DNA from: Ignavibacteria bacterium
GTDB lineage: Bacteria; Bacteroidota; Ignavibacteria; UBA10030
Reading direction: 5' to 3'
Assembly: GCA_016873755.1 (NCBI GenBank)
Contig: VGWB01000003.1
Coordinates: 1-46,023 of the forward strand
DNA length: 46,023 nt
Positions 1-7,947 of this stretch are shown here, piece by piece. A program made the translations under genes and the position numbers. The notes beneath the pieces are model-generated. The model had not been told where the DNA came from, did no database searches, and was given only the letters and a program-made list of their open reading frames with translations. Each line of letters starts with the position of its first letter. The stretch's first letter is position 1.

Positions 1-95
1 GGCGTGTTTCACGTCGGCGTAACAGGTCTGGCACGACGGTGGATGAAGCAACCGATAAGTGATGCATGATCCATTGAGTTGGGAAGACAAGACCT

Positions 96-794
96 ATGGT
101 GGCAATAAGGAGGAACGAAGACATTGGCACATTAGCGATTGACGAAGAGGGTTCAATCGCTGCTTTGCGAGACCTCTTCTCGGATCTCGATCGCCTCGGG
201 GCGATCCGCGCAAATCAAATCGCCGCGGCAATTGACACGATCGCTCCCAGGCCCGGGGCCATGGTCTACATGATGGCTCGGCCCTTGGCTAATCCTCGCG
301 GCGACCTTCAGCCAGTGGTGTTCTCAGCTCTTGATGTGAACACTCATCTCCAGGTCGCACAGTTGTATTTGACTCTGACCTTTGCGTCGGCCGTTGACTT
401 CCTGGAGTTCGCGCGGGAGAAGTACCCGTTTCCGATCGCTCACGTTCGGACCCCAGCGGAGGAGCCTTTCTCCAATTCCGCGAGCAACGGACGAGCTCTT
501 GAGTTTGGCCGCCTCGCCGAAGAGCGGGGCATACATCACACAGCGATGAAAGATCCTTCGAACGAGCAGCTCTTCATACTGCTCTCTAGACTGACTTTTG
601 GCGGGTTACTCGCAGGAAGCGTCAATTTCCATTCGGAACGCGTCCTCGTTCGAGACCTGATGAATTTTCTCTTCTTTCATAACAACCATCGATCGATTCC
701 CTCACTCGCCGGGAAGACGCCTCTTCAGAAACTGAAAACAACAGGGTGCCATCACCTGCGCGCCTTCGATCCGTTCGCTTGGCTGACGCGATAG
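96..794 (+). CDS. Integrase-core (rve/IS481-like) domain protein, catalytic DDE residues apparently lost
   Basis: Segments PGAMVYMM / FSALDVNTHLQ / AVDFLE..YPFPIAHVRTP / FHNNHRSIPSLAGKTP match the IS481-type layout (PG..V..D, TAIDD.SR, FPF.I..VQTDNG, YN..RPH.SL.GKTP) but without the acidic residues; no N-terminal HTH recognised. Confidence 0.6.
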   Translation: MVAIRRNEDIGTLAIDEEGSIAALRDLFSDLDRLGAIRANQIAAAIDTIAPRPGAMVYMMARPLANPRGDLQPVVFSALDVNTHLQVAQLYLTLTFASAVDFLEFAREKYPFPIAHVRTPAEEPFSNSASNGRALEFGRLAEERGIHHTAMKDPSNEQLFILLSRLTFGGLLAGSVNFHSERVLVRDLMNFLFFHNNHRSIPSLAGKTPLQKLKTTGCHHLRAFDPFAWLTR

Positions 795-853
795 AAATCC
801 CCGCGCGCTCCCCGGTGGTGCCGCCGAGATCCGATCGAGCCGAGAATTTCTGC

Positions 854-882
854 TTGATTTTCAACGACTTATCACGTATCTT
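854..882 (+). promoter_or_regulatory. Putative sigma70-type promoter for the tRNA
   Basis: TTGATT (854-859)-N17-TATCTT (877-882), about 60 nt upstream of the tRNA. Confidence 0.5.
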
Positions 883-942
883 TTTGATGCGCGGGAACTC
901 TGCGCAAGCATATTGACCCTGAGATGGTCAATTTTTGTTTTT

Positions 943-1016
943 GGCGGGGTAGCTCAGTTGGTTAGAGCGTCGGAATCATAATCCGCAGGTCGTGGGTTCG
1001 AATCCCTCCCCCGCTA
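943..1016 (+). tRNA. tRNA with CAU anticodon, most likely elongator tRNA-Met
   Basis: Cloverleaf: acceptor GGCGGGG/CCCCGCT with discriminator A, D-arm AGCTCAGTTGGTTAGAGC, anticodon loop ATCATAA, T-loop TTCGAAT. CCA not encoded. Lacks initiator features (C1:A72 mismatch, GGG/CCC anticodon stem). Confidence 0.92.
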
Positions 1017-1055
1017 CGACCAGGCGCGGGTCAGTTCAACACGCACCTCGTGAAG

Positions 1056-1167
1056 AGGTCGTGGGTTCTCAGCCTCACCCGAAGGCTGATGAGCCTTCGG
1101 CTCAAAAGGCTGATCCGCCTCCCCAAAGGGGTCCTTCGGACCGGCGGAGAATCCCTCCCCCGCTACG
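1056..1167 (+). repeat. Duplicated tRNA 3' half (32 nt) split by an 80-nt multi-hairpin insert
   Basis: 1056-1068 equals 987-999 (AGGTCGTGGGTTC) and 1149-1167 equals 1000-1018 (GAATCCCTCCCCCGCTACG); insert 1069-1148 consists of short palindromes. Confidence 0.9.
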
Positions 1168-1234
1168 CTCACTGCGCAAGAATTCTTGGTCCTGAGCCGA
1201 TCGGGATCAAGATTTCTTGTATGGACAGCAGTCA

Positions 1235-2632
1235 ATGACTTCAACTCCTCACTCTTTGCTCTCTCGGTTCACGGACTACATCCAGTCTGCATCCCTGCTC
1301 AAGAAGGGCGATCGAGTCCTGGTCGCGGTCAGCGGAGGGGTCGACTCGATGGTCCTGCTCAGGCTCTTCCTCGACGTTCAGGACGAATGGGATCTCAGGC
1401 TCGGGGTCGTCCATGTGAATCATCAGCTGCGCGGAAGAGAATCGGATGATGATGAGGAGTTCGTTCGAACGGCGGCCGACGTGCACCGACTCCCCCTTTA
1501 CGTCAAGCGGGTGGAGGCTCTCGCGTTCGCGCACGCATCTCATCTCTCAAAGCAACAAGCTGCGCGTCAGCTGCGATATGAGTTTTTTGAGACGGCTCGG
1601 AAGCAGGCTGGCATGACCAGCGTCGCAACGGCCCATCAGGCCGACGACAATGCCGAGACGGTGTTGCTCAACGTGCTTCGCGGCACCGGCGTTCGAGGTC
1701 TGGCCGGGATCCCGTCACGTTGGGAAAGCGGGTCAATTATCCGTCCCTTGCTCTTTGCCAGGAGGGATGAGATCGAGAAGTACGCCCGAAAGAACGACAT
1801 CACATTCCGGACAGATTCATCCAACGAATCGATGGAGTATCGGCGCAATTTCCTCCGCAAGGCGGTCATGCCTGTGCTGAGCGCCGAAGTCCATCCCGAT
1901 ATCGTCGGGTCTCTGAATCGACTTGCATCTCTTATGCGTCAACTCGAGAAGAGAATCGCCATGCAGGTTGAAGCGCGTTGGGATAAGATCGTGCATGTCG
2001 ATGAACAAGAAAGGATGACGCTGGGCGTTGCCCCCCTCCTTTCCGTGCCTCTCTTCCTGCAGGAGGAGATCATACTGCGTTGCCTCCGGACCCTCTGCCG
2101 GAACGTTGAGGCTGACAACGTTCACGCGATCCTCGACCTTTGTTCACATCCCACGGGTCATTCTGTTCGTCTGTCTCGATCCGTGGCCGCATATCGTGAT
2201 CGTGACCGCCTCGTGTTCGTCCAGGCAAAGGCTCCGGACCTTCCCCACCAACACGTGAACCTTGGTGGGCGATATACATTTGAGCGATTTCATTTATCCC
2301 TCACCGGTCCCCTTCCAATTCCCGACGCTTACGGCAACGACCGAAAGACGGAATACGTTGATGCCGATCGGCTCGGCGCCAACCTTGTCGTCCGCTCATG
2401 GAAGGAGGGTGACTGGTTCGTTCCACTTGGCATGAGAACGAAGAAAAAACTCAGCGATTTTTTCACCGATGAGAAAGTGCCGCTTTTCGAGAAGAGGACA
2501 ATCCCCATCCTGGAGTCCGAAGGAGAGATTGTATGGATTTGCGGCAAGCGGTTGGACGACCGTTTCAAGGTAACTAGCCGGACACGATCGGTGGTCAGAC
2601 TCGAATTCACCCCTCTACCAACAGTTCATTAG
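1235..2632 (+). CDS. tilS: tRNA(Ile)-lysidine synthase
   Basis: PP-loop VAVSGGVDS, ATAHQADDNAET, IIRPLL, C-terminal TilS_C region; tilS-hpt-ftsH synteny; ATG at 1235 chosen over TTG at 1217. Confidence 0.95.
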   Translation: MTSTPHSLLSRFTDYIQSASLLKKGDRVLVAVSGGVDSMVLLRLFLDVQDEWDLRLGVVHVNHQLRGRESDDDEEFVRTAADVHRLPLYVKRVEALAFAHASHLSKQQAARQLRYEFFETARKQAGMTSVATAHQADDNAETVLLNVLRGTGVRGLAGIPSRWESGSIIRPLLFARRDEIEKYARKNDITFRTDSSNESMEYRRNFLRKAVMPVLSAEVHPDIVGSLNRLASLMRQLEKRIAMQVEARWDKIVHVDEQERMTLGVAPLLSVPLFLQEEIILRCLRTLCRNVEADNVHAILDLCSHPTGHSVRLSRSVAAYRDRDRLVFVQAKAPDLPHQHVNLGGRYTFERFHLSLTGPLPIPDAYGNDRKTEYVDADRLGANLVVRSWKEGDWFVPLGMRTKKKLSDFFTDEKVPLFEKRTIPILESEGEIVWICGKRLDDRFKVTSRTRSVVRLEFTPLPTVH

Positions 2633-2648
2633 CGACTTCACCATCTCT

Positions 2649-3221
2649 ATGCCCGACGAGATCATCATCAACAACGATCGGTTCACATTGTATCTGAGCG
2701 AAGAGGAAATCCAGAACAAGGTGAAAGACCTGGCTGCACAGATCAATCGCGACTACCAGAACAAAGTCCCGATATTCATCGGCATCCTGAACGGCTCGTT
2801 CATCTTCTTTGCCGACCTTATTCGTCAAGTCACGGTCGATTGTGAGGTCGACTTCCTGAAGCTCTCAAGCTACGGGGACGCAAAGATCTCATCGGGACAG
2901 GTAAGGCTGCTCAAGGATCTCAATTGCCAGGTGCGGGGAAGAGATATCATCGTGGTGGAAGACATCATTGATTCTGGCCTTTCGATAGACTTCATGAAGC
3001 GGCTTATCACAAAGGAGAACCCCGCGTCGTTTCGCGTTGTTACATTGTTGCTAAAGAAGACTGTCGCAAGACTTGACTTTCCCATTGACTATGTCGGATT
3101 CGAAATTCCCCCTGAATTTGTGATCGGTTACGGCTTGGACTATGCGCAAAAAGTTCGTAATTTACGCTCGATCTTCAGGCTCGCCCCGCGAGAATCGGGC
3201 GCATCATCGGAAAAGGATTGA
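2649..3221 (+). CDS. hpt: Hypoxanthine phosphoribosyltransferase
   Basis: ILNGSFIFFADL, PRPP-binding IIVVEDIIDSGLS, FVIGYGLDY. Confidence 0.95.
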   Translation: MPDEIIINNDRFTLYLSEEEIQNKVKDLAAQINRDYQNKVPIFIGILNGSFIFFADLIRQVTVDCEVDFLKLSSYGDAKISSGQVRLLKDLNCQVRGRDIIVVEDIIDSGLSIDFMKRLITKENPASFRVVTLLLKKTVARLDFPIDYVGFEIPPEFVIGYGLDYAQKVRNLRSIFRLAPRESGASSEKD

Positions 3222-3276
3222 GGAACTCTCGTGCGAGTCCTGGGGAGGGGGGGGTGAGTTTGAAGGAGTGATACGT

Positions 3277-5382
3277 ATGAACCCAACTTGGAAACATGAC
3301 GATTCGCCGGACGAGCGGCAGCGCGACGGAGGTCAAAAACGGCGCGGGGCACCACCCCGTCCACCCCGTAAAAACCAGAAACAACTTCGGGAGGACGAGT
3401 TCAATTGGAACAAAGTGGGGCGGATGATTGCCGGTTGGCTCGGAATCCTGCTCGCCGTTTATCTGATCATGCTGGCATTCAAGAGCAGCGAAGAAACTGA
3501 GTACGAGATCAGTTTCACGACATATCAGACGTTACTGAATGATGGGGAGATCGCCGAAGCGCTGATCAAGAAATCGGACTTCAATAACTACGACTTCCAC
3601 GGGAAGCTCACAGGTCCAATGGAGGTTGTGACAGCCAAGGGGACGAAGCAGCCCAATGCCACACGAATCATGCTGACGCTCCCTTACTCGAATCTCAACG
3701 AAGAGGTCATCGGCCTCTGGAACAAAAAGGGGCTGAAGTTCAACGTTGTGAAAGAAGACAGCACCTGGATGAGCGTCCTGGTTTCGACGCTTCCGTGGAT
3801 TCTGCTGATCGGTATCTGGCTCATCATCTTTCGCCGCATGCAGGCTGGCGCCGGCGGCACCAAGGGTCTCTTCTCGTTTGGCAAGAGCCGGGCAAAGTTG
3901 CTGACGGAGGGGATGACAAAGGTAACCTTTCAAGACGTCGCGGGTGCGGACGAGGCGAAAGTCGAGTTGCAGGAAGTCATCGAATTCCTTCGGGAGCCTT
4001 CGAAGTTCCAGAAGCTCGGGGGCAAAATCCCCCGCGGCGTCTTGCTGTTGGGGCCTCCGGGAACAGGCAAGACGCTCCTCGCTCGAGCGGTGGCAGGCGA
4101 GGCAGGTGTCCCCTTCTTCTCGATCAGCGGCGCGGACTTCGTGGAGATGTTCGTCGGTGTCGGCGCAAGCCGCGTGCGCGACCTGTTTGATCAAGGGAAG
4201 AGAAGTGCTCCATGCATCATTTTCATCGATGAGATCGACGCCGTCGGACGCTTGCGGGGCGCGGGACTCGGCGGCGGGCATGACGAGCGTGAGCAAACCC
4301 TCAACCAGCTGCTGGTTGAGATGGACGGATTCGAGCAAAACAGCGGCGTCATCATTATCGCCGCCACCAACCGACCGGATGTTCTCGATCCCGCGCTGCT
4401 TCGACCCGGACGTTTTGACCGCCAGGTCGTCGTTGACCGGCCGGACGTGAAAGGTCGGGAAGGCATCTTCCGCGTCCACACCAAGAGCATCCCTCTGGGC
4501 GAGGACGTGAAGCTCGATGTGCTCGCCAAGGGAACCCCGGGCCTTGCGGGCGCTGACATCGCCAACCTTGTCAACGAAGCTGCACTCCTTGCTGCACGGC
4601 AAAACAGCAAAGTGGTCTCGATGCAGCATTTCGAAGAGGCGAAGGACAAAGTGATGATGGGGATGGAACGGAAGTCACTCATCATTTCCGACCGTGAGAA
4701 GAGGATCACCGCTTACCACGAGGCCGGCCACGTGCTGGTGGCAAAACACCTACCCGATGCCGACCCCGTGCATAAGGTGACGATTATTCCTCGGGGTCGC
4801 GCGCTTGGTGTGACAACCTACCTGCCGATTGACGAGAAACATACTTACTCAAGAGATTACCTCGAGGCGATGATCACCTACGCCCTCGGAGGCCGCGCGG
4901 CGGAGAAACTCATCTTCGATCAGCTCACGACTGGCGCCGGGAACGATATTGAGCGTGCGACAGAGATCGCACGAAAAATGGTGTGCGAGTGGGGTATGAG
5001 CGACAAGCTGGGTCCCCTGGCGTACGGGACAAGAGAGGAGGAGCTGTTCCTCGGACGCGAGATTACACGCTCCAGGAACTTCAGCGAGCACACGGCTATC
5101 GCGATCGACCAGGAAGTGCGAAGGATCGTCACGAGCGCTATGAAGCGAGCCGACAAGATCCTCCATGACAACCTCGATGTTCTGCATCGCCTCTCGAACG
5201 CTCTCCTGGAGCGCGAAATCCTTGACTCCGAGGAGATAGAGAAGATTGTGCGCGGCGAGGAGCTCCCACCGGTCGATAAACGGAAGAACGGTCAGCCCGA
5301 AGGCGCTGATACCGGCCCATCGACCGCGCCCTCAGCTTCGGCGGAACGTTCGGACAGCGGCAAGCCCAAGAAAGCGGTATGA
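3277..5382 (+). CDS. ftsH: ATP-dependent zinc metalloprotease FtsH
   Basis: Two TM helices, Walker A GPPGTGKT, Walker [17 protein letters not shown] zinc motif; AAGGAG precedes ATG at 3277. Confidence 0.97.
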   Translation: MNPTWKHDDSPDERQRDGGQKRRGAPPRPPRKNQKQLREDEFNWNKVGRMIAGWLGILLAVYLIMLAFKSSEETEYEISFTTYQTLLNDGEIAEALIKKSDFNNYDFHGKLTGPMEVVTAKGTKQPNATRIMLTLPYSNLNEEVIGLWNKKGLKFNVVKEDSTWMSVLVSTLPWILLIGIWLIIFRRMQAGAGGTKGLFSFGKSRAKLLTEGMTKVTFQDVAGADEAKVELQEVIEFLREPSKFQKLGGKIPRGVLLLGPPGTGKTLLARAVAGEAGVPFFSISGADFVEMFVGVGASRVRDLFDQGKRSAPCIIFIDEIDAVGRLRGAGLGGGHDEREQTLNQLLVEMDGFEQNSGVIIIAATNRPDVLDPALLRPGRFDRQVVVDRPDVKGREGIFRVHTKSIPLGEDVKLDVLAKGTPGLAGADIANLVNEAALLAARQNSKVVSMQHFEEAKDKVMMGMERKSLIISDREKRITAYHEAGHVLVAKHLPDADPVHKVTIIPRGRALGVTTYLPIDEKHTYSRDYLEAMITYALGGRAAEKLIFDQLTTGAGNDIERATEIARKMVCEWGMSDKLGPLAYGTREEELFLGREITRSRNFSEHTAIAIDQEVRRIVTSAMKRADKILHDNLDVLHRLSNALLEREILDSEEIEKIVRGEELPPVDKRKNGQPEGADTGPSTAPSASAERSDSGKPKKAV

Positions 5383-6092
5383 GCAATACGCCTCTTGATG
5401 CAGTCCAGACTCGGGCTCCGGCTCCGCCGGAGTCCGAGTTTCTTCATGCTCAGGCCACGATCGACTACAAACACGAGATCGTTCGCAAATCGATCCATCT
5501 CTGCTCCCTCTCCATCCCCGGTGTCTACTATTTCATCTCCAAGGAGCTCGCCCTCTCCATCATTATCCCGATAACGGCCGCATTTCTCATAGTAGATCTT
5601 GCCCGGTACTATCACCGGCCGACCCGGGAGTGGTTCTATCGGACGTTTGGCTGGCTGCTGAGGAAGCATGAGTCAGACGAAGTGCAGAAGCGGCTGACCG
5701 GAGCGACGAACATCCTCATCTCGGGCATCCTCTGCATCCTCATCTTCCCGAAGATCATTATCGTAAACGCCTTCGCCGTTCTGATCCTCTCCGACATCAC
5801 GGCAGCATTGGTGGGCAGACGCTTCGGAAGGAGGAGGTTCCTGCGGAAGTCTCTTGAAGGCGCAATCGGATTCTTTGTTGCGGGTGTGCTTGTGATCTTG
5901 CTCGCGCCAAAGGTAGAAGGCCTGCCGACGGAGTATGTCGTTGGAATTGTCGGAGTCGCCCTGGGCGCGGTTGTCGAGTCCGTCTCCGTCAAGCTGGATG
6001 ACAACATCTCCGTGCCCCTCAGCATCGGCTTTCTGATGTGGCTCCTCTACTCACTCTTCCTCCCCGGCATCGATCTCTACAAGATCGTCTGA
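5379..6092 (+). CDS. Diacylglycerol/polyprenol (dolichol/phytol) kinase family membrane protein
   Basis: EIVRKSIHL, SDITAALVGRRFG, KSLEG and DDN motifs of the CTP-dependent SEC59/DGK1/VTE5 family; ATGA overlap with ftsH stop. Confidence 0.8.
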   Translation: MSNTPLDAVQTRAPAPPESEFLHAQATIDYKHEIVRKSIHLCSLSIPGVYYFISKELALSIIIPITAAFLIVDLARYYHRPTREWFYRTFGWLLRKHESDEVQKRLTGATNILISGILCILIFPKIIIVNAFAVLILSDITAALVGRRFGRRRFLRKSLEGAIGFFVAGVLVILLAPKVEGLPTEYVVGIVGVALGAVVESVSVKLDDNISVPLSIGFLMWLLYSLFLPGIDLYKIV

Positions 6093-6333
6093 CCATTCTG
6101 CCAACCACATACGCTTGGTCCAGGAGAGCTCATTAGGGTCATCTCGTCGCCGACGAGAAGCGACCAGGGCTGCAGAGTGCAGCGTCCACGTTCGGGTCTG
6201 GCATTTGCTCTTTGGTGGATAGGCTGTGGTAATGTACACAACCGCGGTCAGCCAATCCAAGCATCGGGCTGCCGTGTAGCATACTTCTAATGACGTGTTA
6301 CCTCCTGAGCAGAAGGTAGCACGCCTTTTATCC

Positions 6334-6371
6334 TTGACTTACATCTTACAAAAGTGTATATTCAGGTAAGA
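6334..6371 (+). promoter_or_regulatory. Promoter and probable autoregulatory operator of the TA operon
   Basis: TTGACT (6334-6339)-N17-TATATT (6357-6362); inverted repeat TCTTAC (6344-6349)/GTAAGA (6366-6371) straddles the -10. Confidence 0.6.
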
Positions 6372-6383
6372 AAGGAGTCTCCC

Positions 6384-6614
6384 ATGGAAACATCGGTTGT
6401 CACGGTCAAAGGGCAAATTGTTGTTCCTGCCAAAATCCGAAGGGCGTTTGGGATCAAGAAAGGCACCAAGATCGCCTTCATCGAACAGAACGGGAAGCTC
6501 ATTATCCAACCTCTCGACAAGAACTACTTTGAGAGTCTGGCCGGCATCCTCGGGAAAAATGGCGATATGCTGAAAGGCTTGATGGAGGACAAGAAGCGAG
6601 AGCGTGAATTATGA
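6384..6614 (+). CDS. AbrB/MazE/SpoVT-family antitoxin
   Basis: VTVKGQIVVPAKIRRAFGIKKG swapped-hairpin motif; AAGGAG before ATG 6384; ATGA overlap with the toxin gene. Confidence 0.88.
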   Translation: METSVVTVKGQIVVPAKIRRAFGIKKGTKIAFIEQNGKLIIQPLDKNYFESLAGILGKNGDMLKGLMEDKKREREL

Positions 6615-7009
6615 AAGCGACCGTTCTTGACAGCTATGCGGTAATCTCGTATTTGCAGCAGCAGGAAGGATACGAAACTGTCGCGAAGATCTTTGAAGAG
6701 TGTATTGCTAAAGATCGTGAAGTCTTTCTCTGCATTGTGAACTGGGGTGAGGTTATTTATCAGGCGTTGCGGCGGGGTGGGGAAAATCGCGCGAGACTAG
6801 CTGAGGATACGATGAGAGCGCTGCCGATCCATCTTGTGGAAGCCAACAAGGATCTGACGTCCCAGGCGGCTCGCTTCAAAGCGACGAACCGAATGAGTTA
6901 CGCGGATTGCTTTGCAGCAGCTCTTGCTGCCAAGAAGAAGTGTGAGCTTGTTACGGGAGATAGAGAGTTTAAGCAGGTGGAGAAAGTCATAAAGGTTCGA
7001 TGGATTTGA
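6611..7009 (+). CDS. vapC: VapC-family PIN-domain toxin
   Basis: VLDSYA, NWGEV, MSYADCFAAALA, LVTGDREF acidic PIN motifs. Confidence 0.9.
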   Translation: MKATVLDSYAVISYLQQQEGYETVAKIFEECIAKDREVFLCIVNWGEVIYQALRRGGENRARLAEDTMRALPIHLVEANKDLTSQAARFKATNRMSYADCFAAALAAKKKCELVTGDREFKQVEKVIKVRWI

Positions 7010-7380
7010 CTCGTTGACGCGGTGTGAACTACGCGGTCTCAACTATCCTGGCATCCTCCCCATCGGCACAGCCCACAGTTTCTCTCCGAGCTGAGCAGAC
7101 TGGCTACCGTCGCATGCCAATTCTGCGTCTTGTCATGGGTGTATAGGATGGGCCGGCAAAATGACGCCCTGCCTATCAAATCTTGACAAGCACAGGCAAC
7201 CGGTTTTGTTTCAATGGCTTATCCACGCAGGCAAGGCGCCGAAAAGGGAGAGTTTCAGACGCTTAAGCCTCAGCTCAATCGCATCGGAGGGCACAACAAA
7301 CTGGGCAAGGGGAATGAAAGAAGGGAAACGCGTCCGTAAAACGAAGTGATCAGAGCAATTCCGCGAGGGAAGCTGAGCCG

Positions 7381-7923
7381 TTACCACCTCACGCTGACGA
7401 TCTGAGGTGTGCCTGATCTCCCACCATACCTAACGTAGCCCTTCTTTCGTCCATAAGCGACGAGGTCGATGAGCACTTGCACATCATCCTTGCAGTAACG
7501 GATAATCTCATCGATGCGTCCCTCCTTCCACCACTGAAGGGACATCATCCCATCGGCAGTCTTGCCCACCCCAAGCGTTGCCTGTGCGAGGGAATCGAGC
7601 CGCAGGCGATGTCCGAGACTCCGTTTCAGGTCGGTTAGAATGTCGAATGATTTCTTCCGGATGAGGCCAACATCGCCGTAGTAGCTCAGCACTCTGGAAT
7701 CAAACCCGTCTCCGTTGAAGCTCACGACCCGATTGAATTCACCCAGGTATGAGATGAATTGCGGCATCGACGGCTCATCCCACACGCGAAATCCATCCGA
7801 CTCATACCAGGAAACCGCAACGGCTACCTTCATCAGGTGGACATTTCCCCATCCACCGACTTCTTCGGCGGAGTGCTGCGTCTCGACGTCGTAATAGACT
7901 TCCCGGATTGATGGAGGATCCAT
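7381..7923 (-). CDS. Ribonuclease H-like (DEDD-type exonuclease) domain protein
   Basis: YYDVETQ, VSFNGDGFD, LDSLAQATLG, RYCKDDV motifs (RNase_H_2/YprB-like). Confidence 0.75.
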   Translation of the reverse strand: MDPPSIREVYYDVETQHSAEEVGGWGNVHLMKVAVAVSWYESDGFRVWDEPSMPQFISYLGEFNRVVSFNGDGFDSRVLSYYGDVGLIRKKSFDILTDLKRSLGHRLRLDSLAQATLGVGKTADGMMSLQWWKEGRIDEIIRYCKDDVQVLIDLVAYGRKKGYVRYGGRSGTPQIVSVRW

Positions 7924-7947
7924 TCCCTGCCTTTGAGATGTATCTTC

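Noticed and set aside
5-20. TGTTTCACGT resembling parS
   Set aside because: Only part of the 16-bp palindrome matches; the second arm is absent
1069-1148. Insert considered as a self-splicing or tRNA intron
   Set aside because: Too short for group I or II, no bulge-helix-bulge seen, and the host copy lacks proper D and anticodon arms
96-1167. Integrative element or prophage at the tRNA (integrase-like ORF plus duplicated tRNA 3' end)
   Set aside because: The ORF is DDE-fold, not a tyrosine or serine recombinase, lies on the 5' side of the tRNA, and only 37 nt separate the repeats
3242-3254. G-rich run GGGGAGGGGGGGG upstream of ftsH as a phase-variation tract or G-quadruplex
   Set aside because: Lies upstream of the likely ATG (3277), is short, and lacks four separate G-tracts
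7161-7349. Small ORFs and a TTGACA in the vapC-nuclease gap
   Set aside because: No properly spaced -10, no ribosome-binding site and no recognisable product
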